The position numbers and the translations under genes were made by a program. A stretch of DNA of 64,000 nt from Mytilus edulis (Eukaryota), in NCBI RefSeq assembly GCF_963676685.1, contig NC_092350.1:4464001-4528000 (forward strand), in the 5' to 3' direction. Position 1 is the stretch's first letter; the number at the start of each line of letters is the position of its first letter. Below the pieces are notes generated by a model. It was not told where the DNA came from, ran no database searches, and worked only from the letters and a program-made list of their open reading frames with translations. Of the stretch, positions 39,800 through 50,479 are shown one piece after another.

Positions 39800-40330
39800 C
39801 GTGTTTGAAGGTCTTTTTCCCCATTGCACAATGTATTTCACTGGTGCGTTTGAAGGTGTAATTCCCCATTTTCATAATTGTGTTTAATTTACCAAAGAAT
39901 ATGTCTCTTATATTTTAATCTAAAATTTATTTGTAATATTTTCATCGTGTTTGAAGGTGTTATTCCCCATTGTCCAATGTATTTCACTGGTGTGTTTTGA
40001 AGGTGTTATTCCCCATTTGAAGGTGTTATTCCCCATTGACATAATGTTTGAAGGTGTTATTCCCCATTGTTCTAATGTTTGAAGGTGCTATTCCCCATTG
40101 TTCTAATGTTCGAAGGTGTTATTTCACATTGTCCTATGTTTGAAGGTGTTATTCCCCATTGTCCTATTGCCTTAATGTTTGAAGGTGTTATTCCCCATTG
40201 TCCTATTGTCATTATGTTTGAAGTTTGTTTGAAGGTCCATTTGGGTTTTAAAGTTATGTATTTTCATTGGGGTTTTTAAGTTAAAGTCGCCATTTTACCA
40301 TGCTACTCCCCATTGCCCTATGTATTTCAC
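39800..40330. repeat. Direct-repeat array, core TTTGAAGGTGTTATTCCCCATTG, about 10-11 copies
   Basis: Read directly; lies between the convergent 144-aa ORF and pPolB. Confidence 0.9.
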
Positions 40331-40499
40331 TTCCCCAGGTTGATAGCAAACGGATAAAACTTAAATATGTTGATATATTTTATTATAAAATCATATATTT
40401 ATTTACATGAAATAAAATATTATATAATTATTGTACAGTGTGTTTTCTTTTTCTTGAATTTATTACGGATATGGATTTTTTTTTCAATTTACAATTGTA

Positions 40500-43400
40500 T
40501 TAATGTTTTTCTTTTAATTTTCTATGAAAATATGCTAGCGAATGCACATTATCATCCAGCAAGTGTCTCTTGTCATCATATGGTGATAGTCCACTTTTCA
40601 CAACCTTCACCATGTGAATCTGATGGTTGAAACTTCTCAAAGTGTACATATGCGAGAGTAGTGGAGAACAATTGAACAAGGTGTTTTTATATTGTTCGAA
40701 TCTAACATTTCGGGTTTTAATACCCTTTGCTACTACAGTTTCCTTGTCGTCTGCGGTGATAAAACTATACATTTTTGCTCTTAGTCCGATATATTCCACC
40801 ATTTGAATGGACTTGCATTCATCTTTGAATAAACCAATAATCGATTTCCTGTCTTTGGTGTAAAGAGGGTGATCAGCTGGATAATTTGAAAAGTCATATA
40901 GCTCACTGTTTAACGACATGTCTCTATATATGTCATCAGTTCTCACATGCATAATGAAACTGTCAGTATCTGTGTAACATAATGTTACATTCTCCTTGTA
41001 TAGTTTTTTCATGTGGTTGTAGTAGTAATCAACCATGTGCGCCTTTGACAGATCGAGAATCATTTGTCCTAGGTAAATTGGTTTGTTGAAGAAAATTTTT
41101 GTTTTGGTTTGTAGCACGCCGCACAAGTGGTCGTTGAATATCTTAAAGCTTTTAAATGATGATTTTGCAGTAAGTTTTTGAAACTTATCCCACCTATGAC
41201 AGAGAGAGAAGTTGATATGTTTCCGCAACGATTCCATTGATTTACCGAAAATAGCATTGTTGCCATTTTTAAAAAGTTTTTGCTCGAAATTGCTAGTAGC
41301 CTTTTTCCTCATTTCGGTATTGAAGTCAATATACTGTTTCAACCATGGACGCTGTTCAAATGAAACTATATTGTGAATCTTCTTCAAAACCAAACCTAGT
41401 TTGAGGTATAACTTTAGATTCACATAGTGCAAGATGTAATGCTTTTTATCTTTCAAAGTAGCTAGCAATTTGGTGCTCGGTTGGTATTCTTTCCCATCAT
41501 CATTTGCTTGCTCATACAGATGACGTGAATGAGGTGAAAGCATTTCATTTGTTATCACTCCTTTTTCAACTGCAAGAGGAAAATCATTGTGAAGATCGTG
41601 TAAGTTATCTGGGTAATCCAAATCGCATTCAATGACATATCCGATGTCAGCGTTATTGGATACATTTAAGACATTGAAATCGTTTATTTCCTCTTCTGAC
41701 AACCACTGGAATTTCCCCACAGCTAATGGCATGCTCATGCTTAAACCGTATAAATTGTTCGCATCTACATACATCAAGTATGAAGTTGGTAAAGCTGGAT
41801 CATAATTGCTCAAGTAGGGATTGTTTGCTTTTGCATGTCTGCAGCTCACCATTGTTAAACCTCCTCGTATACTCTGCTCAAAGAAGAGCCACATTGTAGG
41901 ATCTGTCAATAGCTCAAGTCTCACACCAGTCATTTTCAATGCAGATTGCCAGGAAAGCCCTGGAAGAGTGTAATAATTTGCAGGGTCGAGGGAATAGTTC
42001 GTTATCCACTTCTTCCTGAAAGTTTCAAATACATCAGCTAATAATAGAACGTCAGTTTTTAGATAAAGATCGTGATATTCGCCTATATTCTTAATATTCA
42101 TTTGATTCCATACCCGTTGCGCATGTTCATACTCGGTTTGACTAATTGTTTTCTCTGATAAATTGCTGTAGAATTTGTCTATAGAGGGTAATTCAGTTTC
42201 ATTGAACCTTGCTGCATTGTCAATGTATTCGTAAGGATATGTTCCTTTTTTCAACAAAAGAGCAATCCGCTTATCATCATCAAATTCTTTTGTAAAATGT
42301 TTAAATGTTTCTTTCGGATTCTCCTTAGACATTGACGATACCAATTCCTCTAGTGAACAATTCAAAAACTGGTATGAATCGATAAAGCGCAGATTGGATA
42401 GGTTGAAACTGATGTACTTTTCTGCATTCGTGGCTATGCAGCCAATTTCTTCACTCTTGAAAATACCTATCGAGGAACAGATTAAATGTGCATCAAACTG
42501 TTTCAGGTTATGAAATATAACTGGCACGAATGTGTGTTCTTTAAAATTAAGATTGCAATCTCTGCATGAAGCGCCACGAAATTTACCTGAAACATGTGCA
42601 TGGTCTCGAACGCGGATAGTGGAATCTGTAAATTCTTCCATGCAAATGTGGCAATGTGTACTTGATTGAAAATCTTCCTCATCTTCAACAGTCATGCACA
42701 AGGGTTCAGGATTGTTCAAAATAGCCTTTATACGTTTATTTTCGTCAAGAAGACTATGAAGGAAGTGTTCACTAACATTTTCACCTCTATATATTTTAGG
42801 TGGTTGAGTGTATCTGTCATCGATGCAAACAACTTGATAACCGTACCCGCATGGTATCAACTTTGTTAATTTCGTTGTGCTGGTTCGATTATCTTCTGGC
42901 TCTTCAGTAACCATAGGTTCGCAAAATGTTTCCATGTCAGCATAAATAACAAATGATGTTTGTAACTGTTTGGCGTGATCTTGAAATGTTAGTATATCGT
43001 CTACCCCCTTGGTGGGATATGTCACATGTTGAGCTTCAAATTTTGAGCAGTATTTTATATGTTTCTCTAAAGTATGTTCACTGGTGAAACCTGATAAACA
43101 GAATCTGCAATACTTATGACTGCGTCCCAAGCATTTTGTTCGATATAAAAGTCTATTGAGATCTGTAATCAAACACCAGTGACTTTTATTCCCACTTTTC
43201 AAATACAATAAGTCAACTTCATGATGAGCTTCTCTTAGACCTGTTACATGGAGGGGGAAAAATTCACCCTCTTCAAATCCTAACACCATTACTGAAATGT
43301 TATTCTGCCTTTCAAATTTACTCACAAATGATGGTGCAACGGGCAATTGTATACCTTCCATGTTCAATTCATGTTCATATGGGATGTAGTGATGCACTTT

Positions 43401-44303
43401 AGAAGGGTCACCTGAACACGTAGGATGTATGGATGCTATAATAGCATATACAAAACATTTTTCATCTAAGTTTCTTATGTTGAGTAACGCTCTGGTTGCA
43501 GCAAGAGTTCTTGGTAGGGGTATATACGATCCACCGCCTAAAGGTTTATATTTAGCTGTATTAATCTCAATGTGTTTAATATGATCTAATGACCAACCGC
43601 TCCCATTTCGTATATACTCATCAAAACTTTTGAATATTTTTTGATATGTCACATTAATATCATGTTCATCATCTATATTTGCTCTATCAACTAGATTCGA
43701 TGTCTTCGAGATAAAATGTGCATTATTCTTTAAATCATTACCACCTTCACCTCCATTCGGCTTGATCATTTGCACAAGACAATTCATATACCACTTAATA
43801 TGACCGAGTTCATCACACATCTCTTGTAAATGAGTTTTTACCTCATGCTTAATTCCAGATAAAAATGCTAGAAGATCATACTTTTCCCCATTATCCTCAT
43901 TCGGATAAATGAAACGAGCTCGTGCTATTCCCAAGAGAGCAGACTTATCCACACTTTTATGTTTGATTGTAGTATGTGAATTTGAATCAGTGTTTCCTGA
44001 ACCAGTCTGATAAGTTGTATGATCGATGTTGCTATGTTTAAACAAATTTTCCGCTGAATCAAAATGTCTATCACATTGTCGACATGGAAATGTACAACTG
44101 TTTCTCTGGTGTCTCTTCAGTTTGGAAGGGTGATCAAACAGAAGTTTACAATAATAACATGAATAGACCTTAACCGTAAGATTTGATCTGTTGTCATTAT
44201 CAACACTCAATCGATCATTTAACTCTCGCAACTGCTGTTGATATTGAGGGTTACTGTCAGGATAAAGACGCAATAAATCCTCGCAGAAATGATCATCAGC
44301 CAT
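40500..44303 (-). CDS. polB: Protein-primed family B DNA polymerase (pPolB) with N-terminal C2H2 fingers, an OTU-like region and an inserted endonuclease VII (HNH) domain
   Basis: Exonuclease motifs YADMET, FHNLKQFD, YLKTDV; polymerase motifs YVDANNLYG, KNGNNAIFGK, YTDTDS; EndoVII CHIC...RDHAH..GKFRG..C..CN. Confidence 0.96.
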   Translation of the reverse strand: MADDHFCEDLLRLYPDSNPQYQQQLRELNDRLSVDNDNRSNLTVKVYSCYYCKLLFDHPSKLKRHQRNSCTFPCRQCDRHFDSAENLFKHSNIDHTTYQTGSGNTDSNSHTTIKHKSVDKSALLGIARARFIYPNEDNGEKYDLLAFLSGIKHEVKTHLQEMCDELGHIKWYMNCLVQMIKPNGGEGGNDLKNNAHFISKTSNLVDRANIDDEHDINVTYQKIFKSFDEYIRNGSGWSLDHIKHIEINTAKYKPLGGGSYIPLPRTLAATRALLNIRNLDEKCFVYAIIASIHPTCSGDPSKVHHYIPYEHELNMEGIQLPVAPSFVSKFERQNNISVMVLGFEEGEFFPLHVTGLREAHHEVDLLYLKSGNKSHWCLITDLNRLLYRTKCLGRSHKYCRFCLSGFTSEHTLEKHIKYCSKFEAQHVTYPTKGVDDILTFQDHAKQLQTSFVIYADMETFCEPMVTEEPEDNRTSTTKLTKLIPCGYGYQVVCIDDRYTQPPKIYRGENVSEHFLHSLLDENKRIKAILNNPEPLCMTVEDEEDFQSSTHCHICMEEFTDSTIRVRDHAHVSGKFRGASCRDCNLNFKEHTFVPVIFHNLKQFDAHLICSSIGIFKSEEIGCIATNAEKYISFNLSNLRFIDSYQFLNCSLEELVSSMSKENPKETFKHFTKEFDDDKRIALLLKKGTYPYEYIDNAARFNETELPSIDKFYSNLSEKTISQTEYEHAQRVWNQMNIKNIGEYHDLYLKTDVLLLADVFETFRKKWITNYSLDPANYYTLPGLSWQSALKMTGVRLELLTDPTMWLFFEQSIRGGLTMVSCRHAKANNPYLSNYDPALPTSYLMYVDANNLYGLSMSMPLAVGKFQWLSEEEINDFNVLNVSNNADIGYVIECDLDYPDNLHDLHNDFPLAVEKGVITNEMLSPHSRHLYEQANDDGKEYQPSTKLLATLKDKKHYILHYVNLKLYLKLGLVLKKIHNIVSFEQRPWLKQYIDFNTEMRKKATSNFEQKLFKNGNNAIFGKSMESLRKHINFSLCHRWDKFQKLTAKSSFKSFKIFNDHLCGVLQTKTKIFFNKPIYLGQMILDLSKAHMVDYYYNHMKKLYKENVTLCYTDTDSFIMHVRTDDIYRDMSLNSELYDFSNYPADHPLYTKDRKSIIGLFKDECKSIQMVEYIGLRAKMYSFITADDKETVVAKGIKTRNVRFEQYKNTLFNCSPLLSHMYTLRSFNHQIHMVKVVKSGLSPYDDKRHLLDDNVHSLAYFHRKLKEKH

Positions 44304-44334
44304 GACAATTGTGATATCAATAGCACTTTCAACG

Positions 44335-44346
44335 TTTTATATATAC
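44335..44346 (-). promoter_or_regulatory. Putative TATA box of pPolB
   Basis: TATATATAAAA on the minus strand, about 30-40 nt upstream of the ATG. Confidence 0.45.
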
Positions 44347-44543
44347 TACGCGATCGTGGACTAGAACTAATAGGCGAACATATGTTATCTAAATATTTAT
44401 TTTATTAATTAAATTTAAAGGTACACAGTGTAAATATACAAATAGACAATATATTATATACATATATAAATATAGACAAATTTAAAGAAAAATACAAGTG
44501 ATTGATTGAAGTCTCCAATAGTTTTAAATAATCCACTTCTTCA

Positions 44544-44939
44544 TTACAAATGAAATGATAACCATTTACTCTTTAATCTTTTGCGATTTTGCGATTTTTC
44601 CACATTTCTTAAGAATTTTTCAGGAGACATCTTGATAGCTTTACCCTCTGCTGCACCATCATATTCATCAACATCCATCCTATTTTCCTCTTGATTGTCT
44701 GATTTTGATCGATCTACAGTTTCTTTTAAATTTTTCAATTCTGTTTTTTGCAAAACCTGACCACTACCATGTTGTTTGGTTACATCTTCTTCTAGGTTTA
44801 TTTCTGTTTTTATACTGTCACTATCTTTACCATCATATTCCTTTTCTTTTTCTTTCACATTAACAATTTCACATTGGTTGGACATATTCATCAATCTTTC
44901 ATATTTCTCCTTGGGTAATAGTATTAACTCCCGAGTCAT
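44544..44939 (-). CDS. Conserved small Maverick protein, 131 aa (copy 1)
   Basis: LILLPKEKYERL N-terminus, QHGSG motif, KWLSF end; position in the structural gene cluster. Confidence 0.7.
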   Translation of the reverse strand: MTRELILLPKEKYERLMNMSNQCEIVNVKEKEKEYDGKDSDSIKTEINLEEDVTKQHGSGQVLQKTELKNLKETVDRSKSDNQEENRMDVDEYDGAAEGKAIKMSPEKFLRNVEKSQNRKRLKSKWLSFHL

Positions 44940-45240
44940 AGTATTTGAAAAAAGATGATATCAATGTTGGAATAATAACAATTATCTTCAGTAAACGTTT
45001 TCTCCTCAACTGAGGTGTTATATTATTAACTACCACAGCACGAATGAACTTTGCAAAAGTTGAAAGATTCCTTTTAACCCTCTCAGACAATGGTATGACG
45101 CTTTTTAGACAGTTGAATACTATTTCTACTAATAGTTGTAATTGTCTGTGGTCCGTGCTTTTTATGATTTGAGCAGATTGTTCAGGTGTAGTGTTCGCCA
45201 ATAATTTAAGGAAGCTTCTACTTGATTCTTTTAAAATCAT
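44899..45240 (-). CDS. Conserved small basic Maverick virion-type protein, 113 aa (copy 1)
   Basis: FLKLLA...II......L..LVEIVFNCLK..IPLS pattern, directly downstream of the ATPase. Confidence 0.72.
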   Translation of the reverse strand: MILKESSRSFLKLLANTTPEQSAQIIKSTDHRQLQLLVEIVFNCLKSVIPLSERVKRNLSTFAKFIRAVVVNNITPQLRRKRLLKIIVIIPTLISSFFKYYDSGVNTITQGEI

Positions 45241-45887
45241 TTTGGTTGATAAACAATCGTGTCCTCCCCCGGAAAAGGATTTGCGCGCAACTGATATTCA
45301 GGGTTTGAACCTGGTGCTATATCCACTATCAAGCAATTGTATGGTCTGCTAATTGCACGTTGGTAAACGTCCATGAAAAAGCGAACTTGACCTGGAAACA
45401 TTTGTCGAGCTAAAGATTGTATTTGCAGTGAATCTCTACCATTTTTGAAAAGAAAAAAGACGTGAGAATTCAAACTGATTGATCGCATAACCTTCCCCTT
45501 CTGATATAAATTTTGTAGTATAAAAATAATTGATGTTAAGGTGTGATGACTTAAAACGCAATAAATCTTCTGCATCAGTTTACAGTCCACTACTTCATCC
45601 ATTTTATCATCAATGATCCATAATGTGTGTATATCCTTATCAACAAGAAAATCACTTTCATCAGGCAGTTCCAGTTGAAATGAAATGTTGGAGACAGTTT
45701 TTTTCAATTCATCGAAGACATCTTGCCATATGCTGTAACAGTAGTATATCTTCTGAGGTGGTATTGTAAACATTTCCTGAGCGTTCTCTAATAATCTTTT
45801 AATGTATGTAGTTTTTCCTGAACCCGTTGGACCGACACATATTGAAGTCATGGGTGTTTGAAATTTCACCAAACTCATGATGATCAC
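45237..45887 (-). CDS. A32/FtsK-like DNA packaging ATPase (copy 1)
   Basis: Walker A GPTGSGKT, Walker B LWIIDD, SHH...ILQN, RSISLNS. Confidence 0.93.
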   Translation of the reverse strand: MIIMSLVKFQTPMTSICVGPTGSGKTTYIKRLLENAQEMFTIPPQKIYYCYSIWQDVFDELKKTVSNISFQLELPDESDFLVDKDIHTLWIIDDKMDEVVDCKLMQKIYCVLSHHTLTSIIFILQNLYQKGKVMRSISLNSHVFFLFKNGRDSLQIQSLARQMFPGQVRFFMDVYQRAISRPYNCLIVDIAPGSNPEYQLRANPFPGEDTIVYQPK

Positions 45888-45940
45888 CTCTTGCTCGAAT
45901 GATGATTGTTACCATGTGTCTCATCATTTTAAACACTTTT

Positions 45941-46408
45941 TCATATGCAGTGTGAATAGGTTTTACCAATCACATTGAAAACAAAGATGTCGTTTGCTTG
46001 ATGATTATCACTGAAAAAATCGTGAATGTTAGTTAGATCATACTCTCTACATAAGAGTGATAAGATGAAAATGCAATATTGACCGCATACTGATGAATTC
46101 TCACTCTGTAATCGTTTTTTGATTTATTTCCAGAGATATCGCATTGTGTTCAAAGAATTTTAAGAAGTGACGTGAATAATAATCGGGAGAGTGTGCGAAG
46201 CTGTCGAAAATATCCCTCTTCGTTCCTCATTTATGAAAAAGGCGATCCAGTGTGCACCATTCTCAAAATGATTTTCAGTGTTACAAATAAATCCCATGGG
46301 TCGATTTCTCACTATCTTAGGTATCTGATCTGCTGCAAATATACCAACAATTTTATCCTTCATTAGTTCATCACAATTAATCATACACTCCAATTGCATA
46401 GTGTTCAT
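45941..46408 (-). pseudogene. Adenain-like protease, copy 1, frameshifted by homopolymer indels (likely sequencing errors)
   Basis: Matches 55921-56388 except an extra T near 46120 and one missing A near 46210. Confidence 0.75.
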
Positions 46409-46775
46409 TCTTGAATTATGATGTCTCGAGTTTGAGTTATTTCAAAATATCCACTAAATTCACTATAAATGATTATAGTTGTTGGTTCAGTGAGGGGAGA
46501 ATCAAATGTGCATTCCAAATTGACACGTTCATTCCTTTTCAATGTTAAATAATCTAAACCTTCAAAAATTGGTTCCAGTTGAAAGGCATACAAGGCATAT
46601 CCTTCAGAAAAACTGTCTCTGTTTAATCCATTACCACAGTCTTGCAGAGTTTTCCCAGCAACCTCAAATAGATTGCGAAATGCAACAATGGATGATTCTC
46701 CACTTGACGAGTCAAATTTTACTCTGACAGGATTCCCGGAAACTGGCACTCCCTCAACTTTAAGATTTATTTCAC
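46405..46775 (-). CDS. Major capsid protein, 3' part, cut by the assembly gap
   Basis: Matches the C-terminus of 56385-57707. Confidence 0.85.
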
Positions 46776-46875
46776 NNNNNNNNNNNNNNNNNNNNNNNNN
46801 NNNNNNNNNNNNNNNNNNNNNNNNNNNNNNNNNNNNNNNNNNNNNNNNNNNNNNNNNNNNNNNNNNNNNNNNNNN
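46776..46875. other. Assembly gap (100 N)
   Basis: Run of N. Confidence 0.99.
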
Positions 46876-47169
46876 GTGATAAACACTTTATATTTAAACT
46901 GATGAACTAAGATTTAATGTAAACAGAAGGTGTATTATCCAAATACTGCCGCAATATTGGAGATCAATCTGACATGAAAAATCGCGATCGGGACAGATCT
47001 ACACTGAAATTACATATGAATTAATAAAATGGTGTAACATGGATAATGGAAGGTTGGCGAGCCTTTAGGAGTAAATAAGTGTTGGAAACTATTATTCATA
47101 ATTTAATGAAACGGAAGCTTTATTCCTTTATTAACGCGGTACACTCAATTCTATCATAAAGCGATAAAA

Positions 47170-48107
47170 ATGATGAACCAGGTTGAGTACATGAGGGGAT
47201 TTGGTGGAGAAGTAGAGCGGGCTGAGTTGAATTTTGGAAGAAAGAAGAACATTGCGGTTACACCGTACAAGGGATATGTTTATATCCACATAGGCAGTTT
47301 AACAAGGTAGCAGAAGCATAACTCTTGGGACTGATGAGTTTAAAGAGCTATGCAATCTGAAGCCAGTTCTTTTAAAAGCTGAGGCAGAAATAAAAAAACA
47401 GGTTAGTGATTTCTAATATTTAGCAGTAAATATTTACATGAACATATAGCTAAATTATTATCGTTCAGCAGCAAATAGTTGAGCGTGATATATATTTTAT
47501 TCTCTAAGAAATAGGAGCGATCTACAAAATTATTTTAAAGTAAGATATTGCGAGTGTTTAATAAAAGCACCAGCTGCAGATGTTTCACCTTATATGTTTT
47601 TTCGTAAATTTCACTACTGCTAGTAAGTACACATAATTTTCAAAGTTATTGAAAGCGAGTAAAAACTATATGATAAACGTTCTAATTATCCTTCAACAGC
47701 AAATAATTGAACATAAATATATACTTTATAGGTTTAATATACAACAAACGTTTTAGTTAAAAGTAAGTTATTGATAGAGAGTATTTACAAGCGGCTTGCG
47801 TTCAGCTGCAGATATTTCACTTGTTTCTGGGTTGATTTCACCACTGTTAGTATTAATTTTCAAAGTTATTGATAGCAAGTAAAAAATGTTTTGATAAACG
47901 TTCAGTTGCAGATATTTCAACATTTTTGTTTCTAGGTAAATTTCTCAACCGCTAATAAATACGAATTTCTTTCCCACAGCAAACGTTGATTTATATGATT
48001 TCTTACACGTTCAATTGTTTTTATTATATATTAATTTTTTTAGCTGCAAAAACCTAGCAGGAAAAAGAAGGTTATAGTTGTTGAAGAGGAAGAAGAAGAA
48101 GAAGAAG

Positions 48108-48139
<32 letters not shown>

Positions 48140-48285
48140 GAAGAAGAAGAAGTAAAAAAAGTTACTTTGAAAAGAAAGGTAAAACAACTTTTGTTTTTTT
48201 TTTTCTATGTAAATCAAAATAAGTAGTTATAATTTTCAAGTTTATGAATTTAAAGTAATTATCCAATTAAATGTACCATAAAAAG

Positions 48286-48320
<35 letters not shown>

Positions 48321-48553
48321 AAACATTGAAATAACTTTAAAATTTTAAGATGATTTTCTATATTATGATATTCTTATTTTAGAGAAAGGTGATTGCTATC
48401 AGCGATAGCGATGAGGAGGCGGGAGTGTCAGAGTCGGACGTCAGAAAGGTGATTGTTGCAGCAGAATCTGGCCCGTTCAAGGGGCTAAAGAAGAAAAAGA
48501 AAACAGCTGGAGCTGGATTCATACTTTCTGAAGCAGTTGAAGATGGCGAGTGA
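47170..48553 (+). pseudogene. PC4-like spliced gene, copy 2, with a 1-bp frameshift near 47306
   Basis: Duplicate of 37191-38574; reads AACAAGGTAG instead of AACAAGTAG. Confidence 0.65.
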
Positions 48554-48631
48554 AGATAACACCAGTAAGTGATCAAATTTTTATTCTGTTTCTAATATGT
48601 TCTTATATACAATAGTTAGGATAGAAATCAT

Positions 48632-49141
48632 TTATAACTTAGCAACATTTTTCCAATCAAAGATTGATTTATCAATATGTGAAATACTCGCTTTAAGATA
48701 AAACCATTGCCTTTGATTTAAAGCGATCTCATTTCTAAGAGGATCATTTCTCAATAATACAAACAGTTCACTATTCAATATACATGTATTTACAAAAATA
48801 TCTTCAGATAAAGCAAAAGTGTCCATTTTATTACAAAATAAATCGTTTCCGCTACTGTTTCGTTTAACATCATCAGATATGAATGGAGGATCATTTTCAC
48901 TGTTTAATGGCCCATTTATTAATATAACTGCTAGAGTTATCGAACAGAATAACAATCCGACAATTTTCATCTTTGCACCAAGCCAGTGCAGTTGTGGAAA
49001 CTGGTCACTGATTTCAGCTGTATCCATATTGATAAAATTGTAATCATGCTCATCTGTCATTTTAAGTGAATATTCTTCCACATTTGCACTACTCAATTCA
49101 TCCTTTTCATTTATTTTAGAAATCTCCATTATGAAATCCAA
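48632..49141 (-). CDS. Signal/TM plus PC4-like protein, copy 2
   Basis: Identical translation to 38653-39162. Confidence 0.65.
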   Translation of the reverse strand: MDFIMEISKINEKDELSSANVEEYSLKMTDEHDYNFINMDTAEISDQFPQLHWLGAKMKIVGLLFCSITLAVILINGPLNSENDPPFISDDVKRNSSGNDLFCNKMDTFALSEDIFVNTCILNSELFVLLRNDPLRNEIALNQRQWFYLKASISHIDKSIFDWKNVAKL

Positions 49142-49276
49142 TTTCTTAATACAGGTGTCGCACTTTGTTCATTTGTTTTCATGCATGTATCTGTAGATTT
49201 ATGATGTGAAAACTATTTTACTAGAGTTTATGTATCTTATTTATTTCTTTTAGCCAATCAGAACAGAAAAAGGACA

Positions 49277-49712
49277 ATGGGAGAAGAAGTAGAAAAAAAG
49301 ACACTGAGTGAAAAACGAAAGCGGTCAGCTCCACCTTCATTAAGAACTTTATCTGTTGCATGTATTTATAATAAATTAACAACAAAATGTGATATTCAAA
49401 TGAGAGATTTTTTTTTGTAAAATTCCCTCACCAATTTTAATTATTTTTATGGATTATGCAGACTTTCAATTTGTTTTAAATCCTGGATTTGCCGAATTAG
49501 ATGTGTTTAATGCTGCCGAGGAAATTTTTGATCAAAGATATCAATTAAATAAAATGATAAGGGAATGCAGCCATTTCACATCTGAAGAGATATTCATTCA
49601 TTTAAAGAACGTCCCAGGGTCTGTTTTAAATTCACTCGGACTTTCGTTCAATAGGGAGAACTTTTCCGATATTTTAAGGAAAATATTAAACATGCGATTT
49701 TCACGTGTTTAA
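49277..49712 (+). pseudogene. 144-aa hypothetical protein, copy 2, with an extra T in a homopolymer
   Basis: Duplicate of 39298-39732 with a T9 run instead of T8 near 49410. Confidence 0.55.
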
Positions 49713-49779
49713 TTTACCAAAGAATATGTCTCATATATTTTAATCTAAAATTTAAGAAATTTATTTGTAATATTTTCAT

Positions 49780-50310
49780 CGTGTTTGAAGGTCTTTTTCC
49801 CCATTGCACAATGTATTTCACTGGTGCGTTTGAAGGTGTAATTCCCCATTTTCATAATTGTGTTTAATTTACCAAAGAATATGTCTCTTATATTTTAATC
49901 TAAAATTTATTTGTAATATTTTCATCGTGTTTGAAGGTGTTATTCCCCATTGTCCAATGTATTTCACTGGTGTGTTTTGAAGGTGTTATTCCCCATTTGA
50001 AGGTGTTATTCCCCATTGACATAATGTTTGAAGGTGTTATTCCCCATTGTTCTAATGTTTGAAGGTGCTATTCCCCATTGTTCTAATGTTCGAAGGTGTT
50101 ATTTCACATTGTCCTATGTTTGAAGGTGTTATTCCCCATTGTCCTATTGCCTTAATGTTTGAAGGTGTTATTCCCCATTGTCCTATTGTCATTATGTTTG
50201 AAGTTTGTTTGAAGGTCCATTTGGGTTTTAAAGTTATGTATTTTCATTGGGGTTTTTAAGTTAAAGTCGCCATTTTACCATGCTACTCCCCATTGCCCTA
50301 TGTATTTCAC
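49780..50310. repeat. TTTGAAGGTGTTATTCCCCATTG array, copy 2
   Basis: Duplicate of 39800-40330. Confidence 0.9.
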
Positions 50311-50479
50311 TTCCCCAGGTTGATAGCAAACGGATAAAACTTAAATATGTTGATATATTTTATTATAAAATCATATATTTATTTACATGAAATAAAATAT
50401 TATATAATTATTGTACAGTGTGTTTTCTTTTTCTTGAATTTATTACGGATATGGATTTTTTTTTCAATTTACAATTGTA

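Noticed and set aside
39800-40330. CRISPR-like appearance of the repeat array
   Set aside because: Linkers are 0-25 bp and related to each other rather than unique spacers; no cas genes; eukaryotic context
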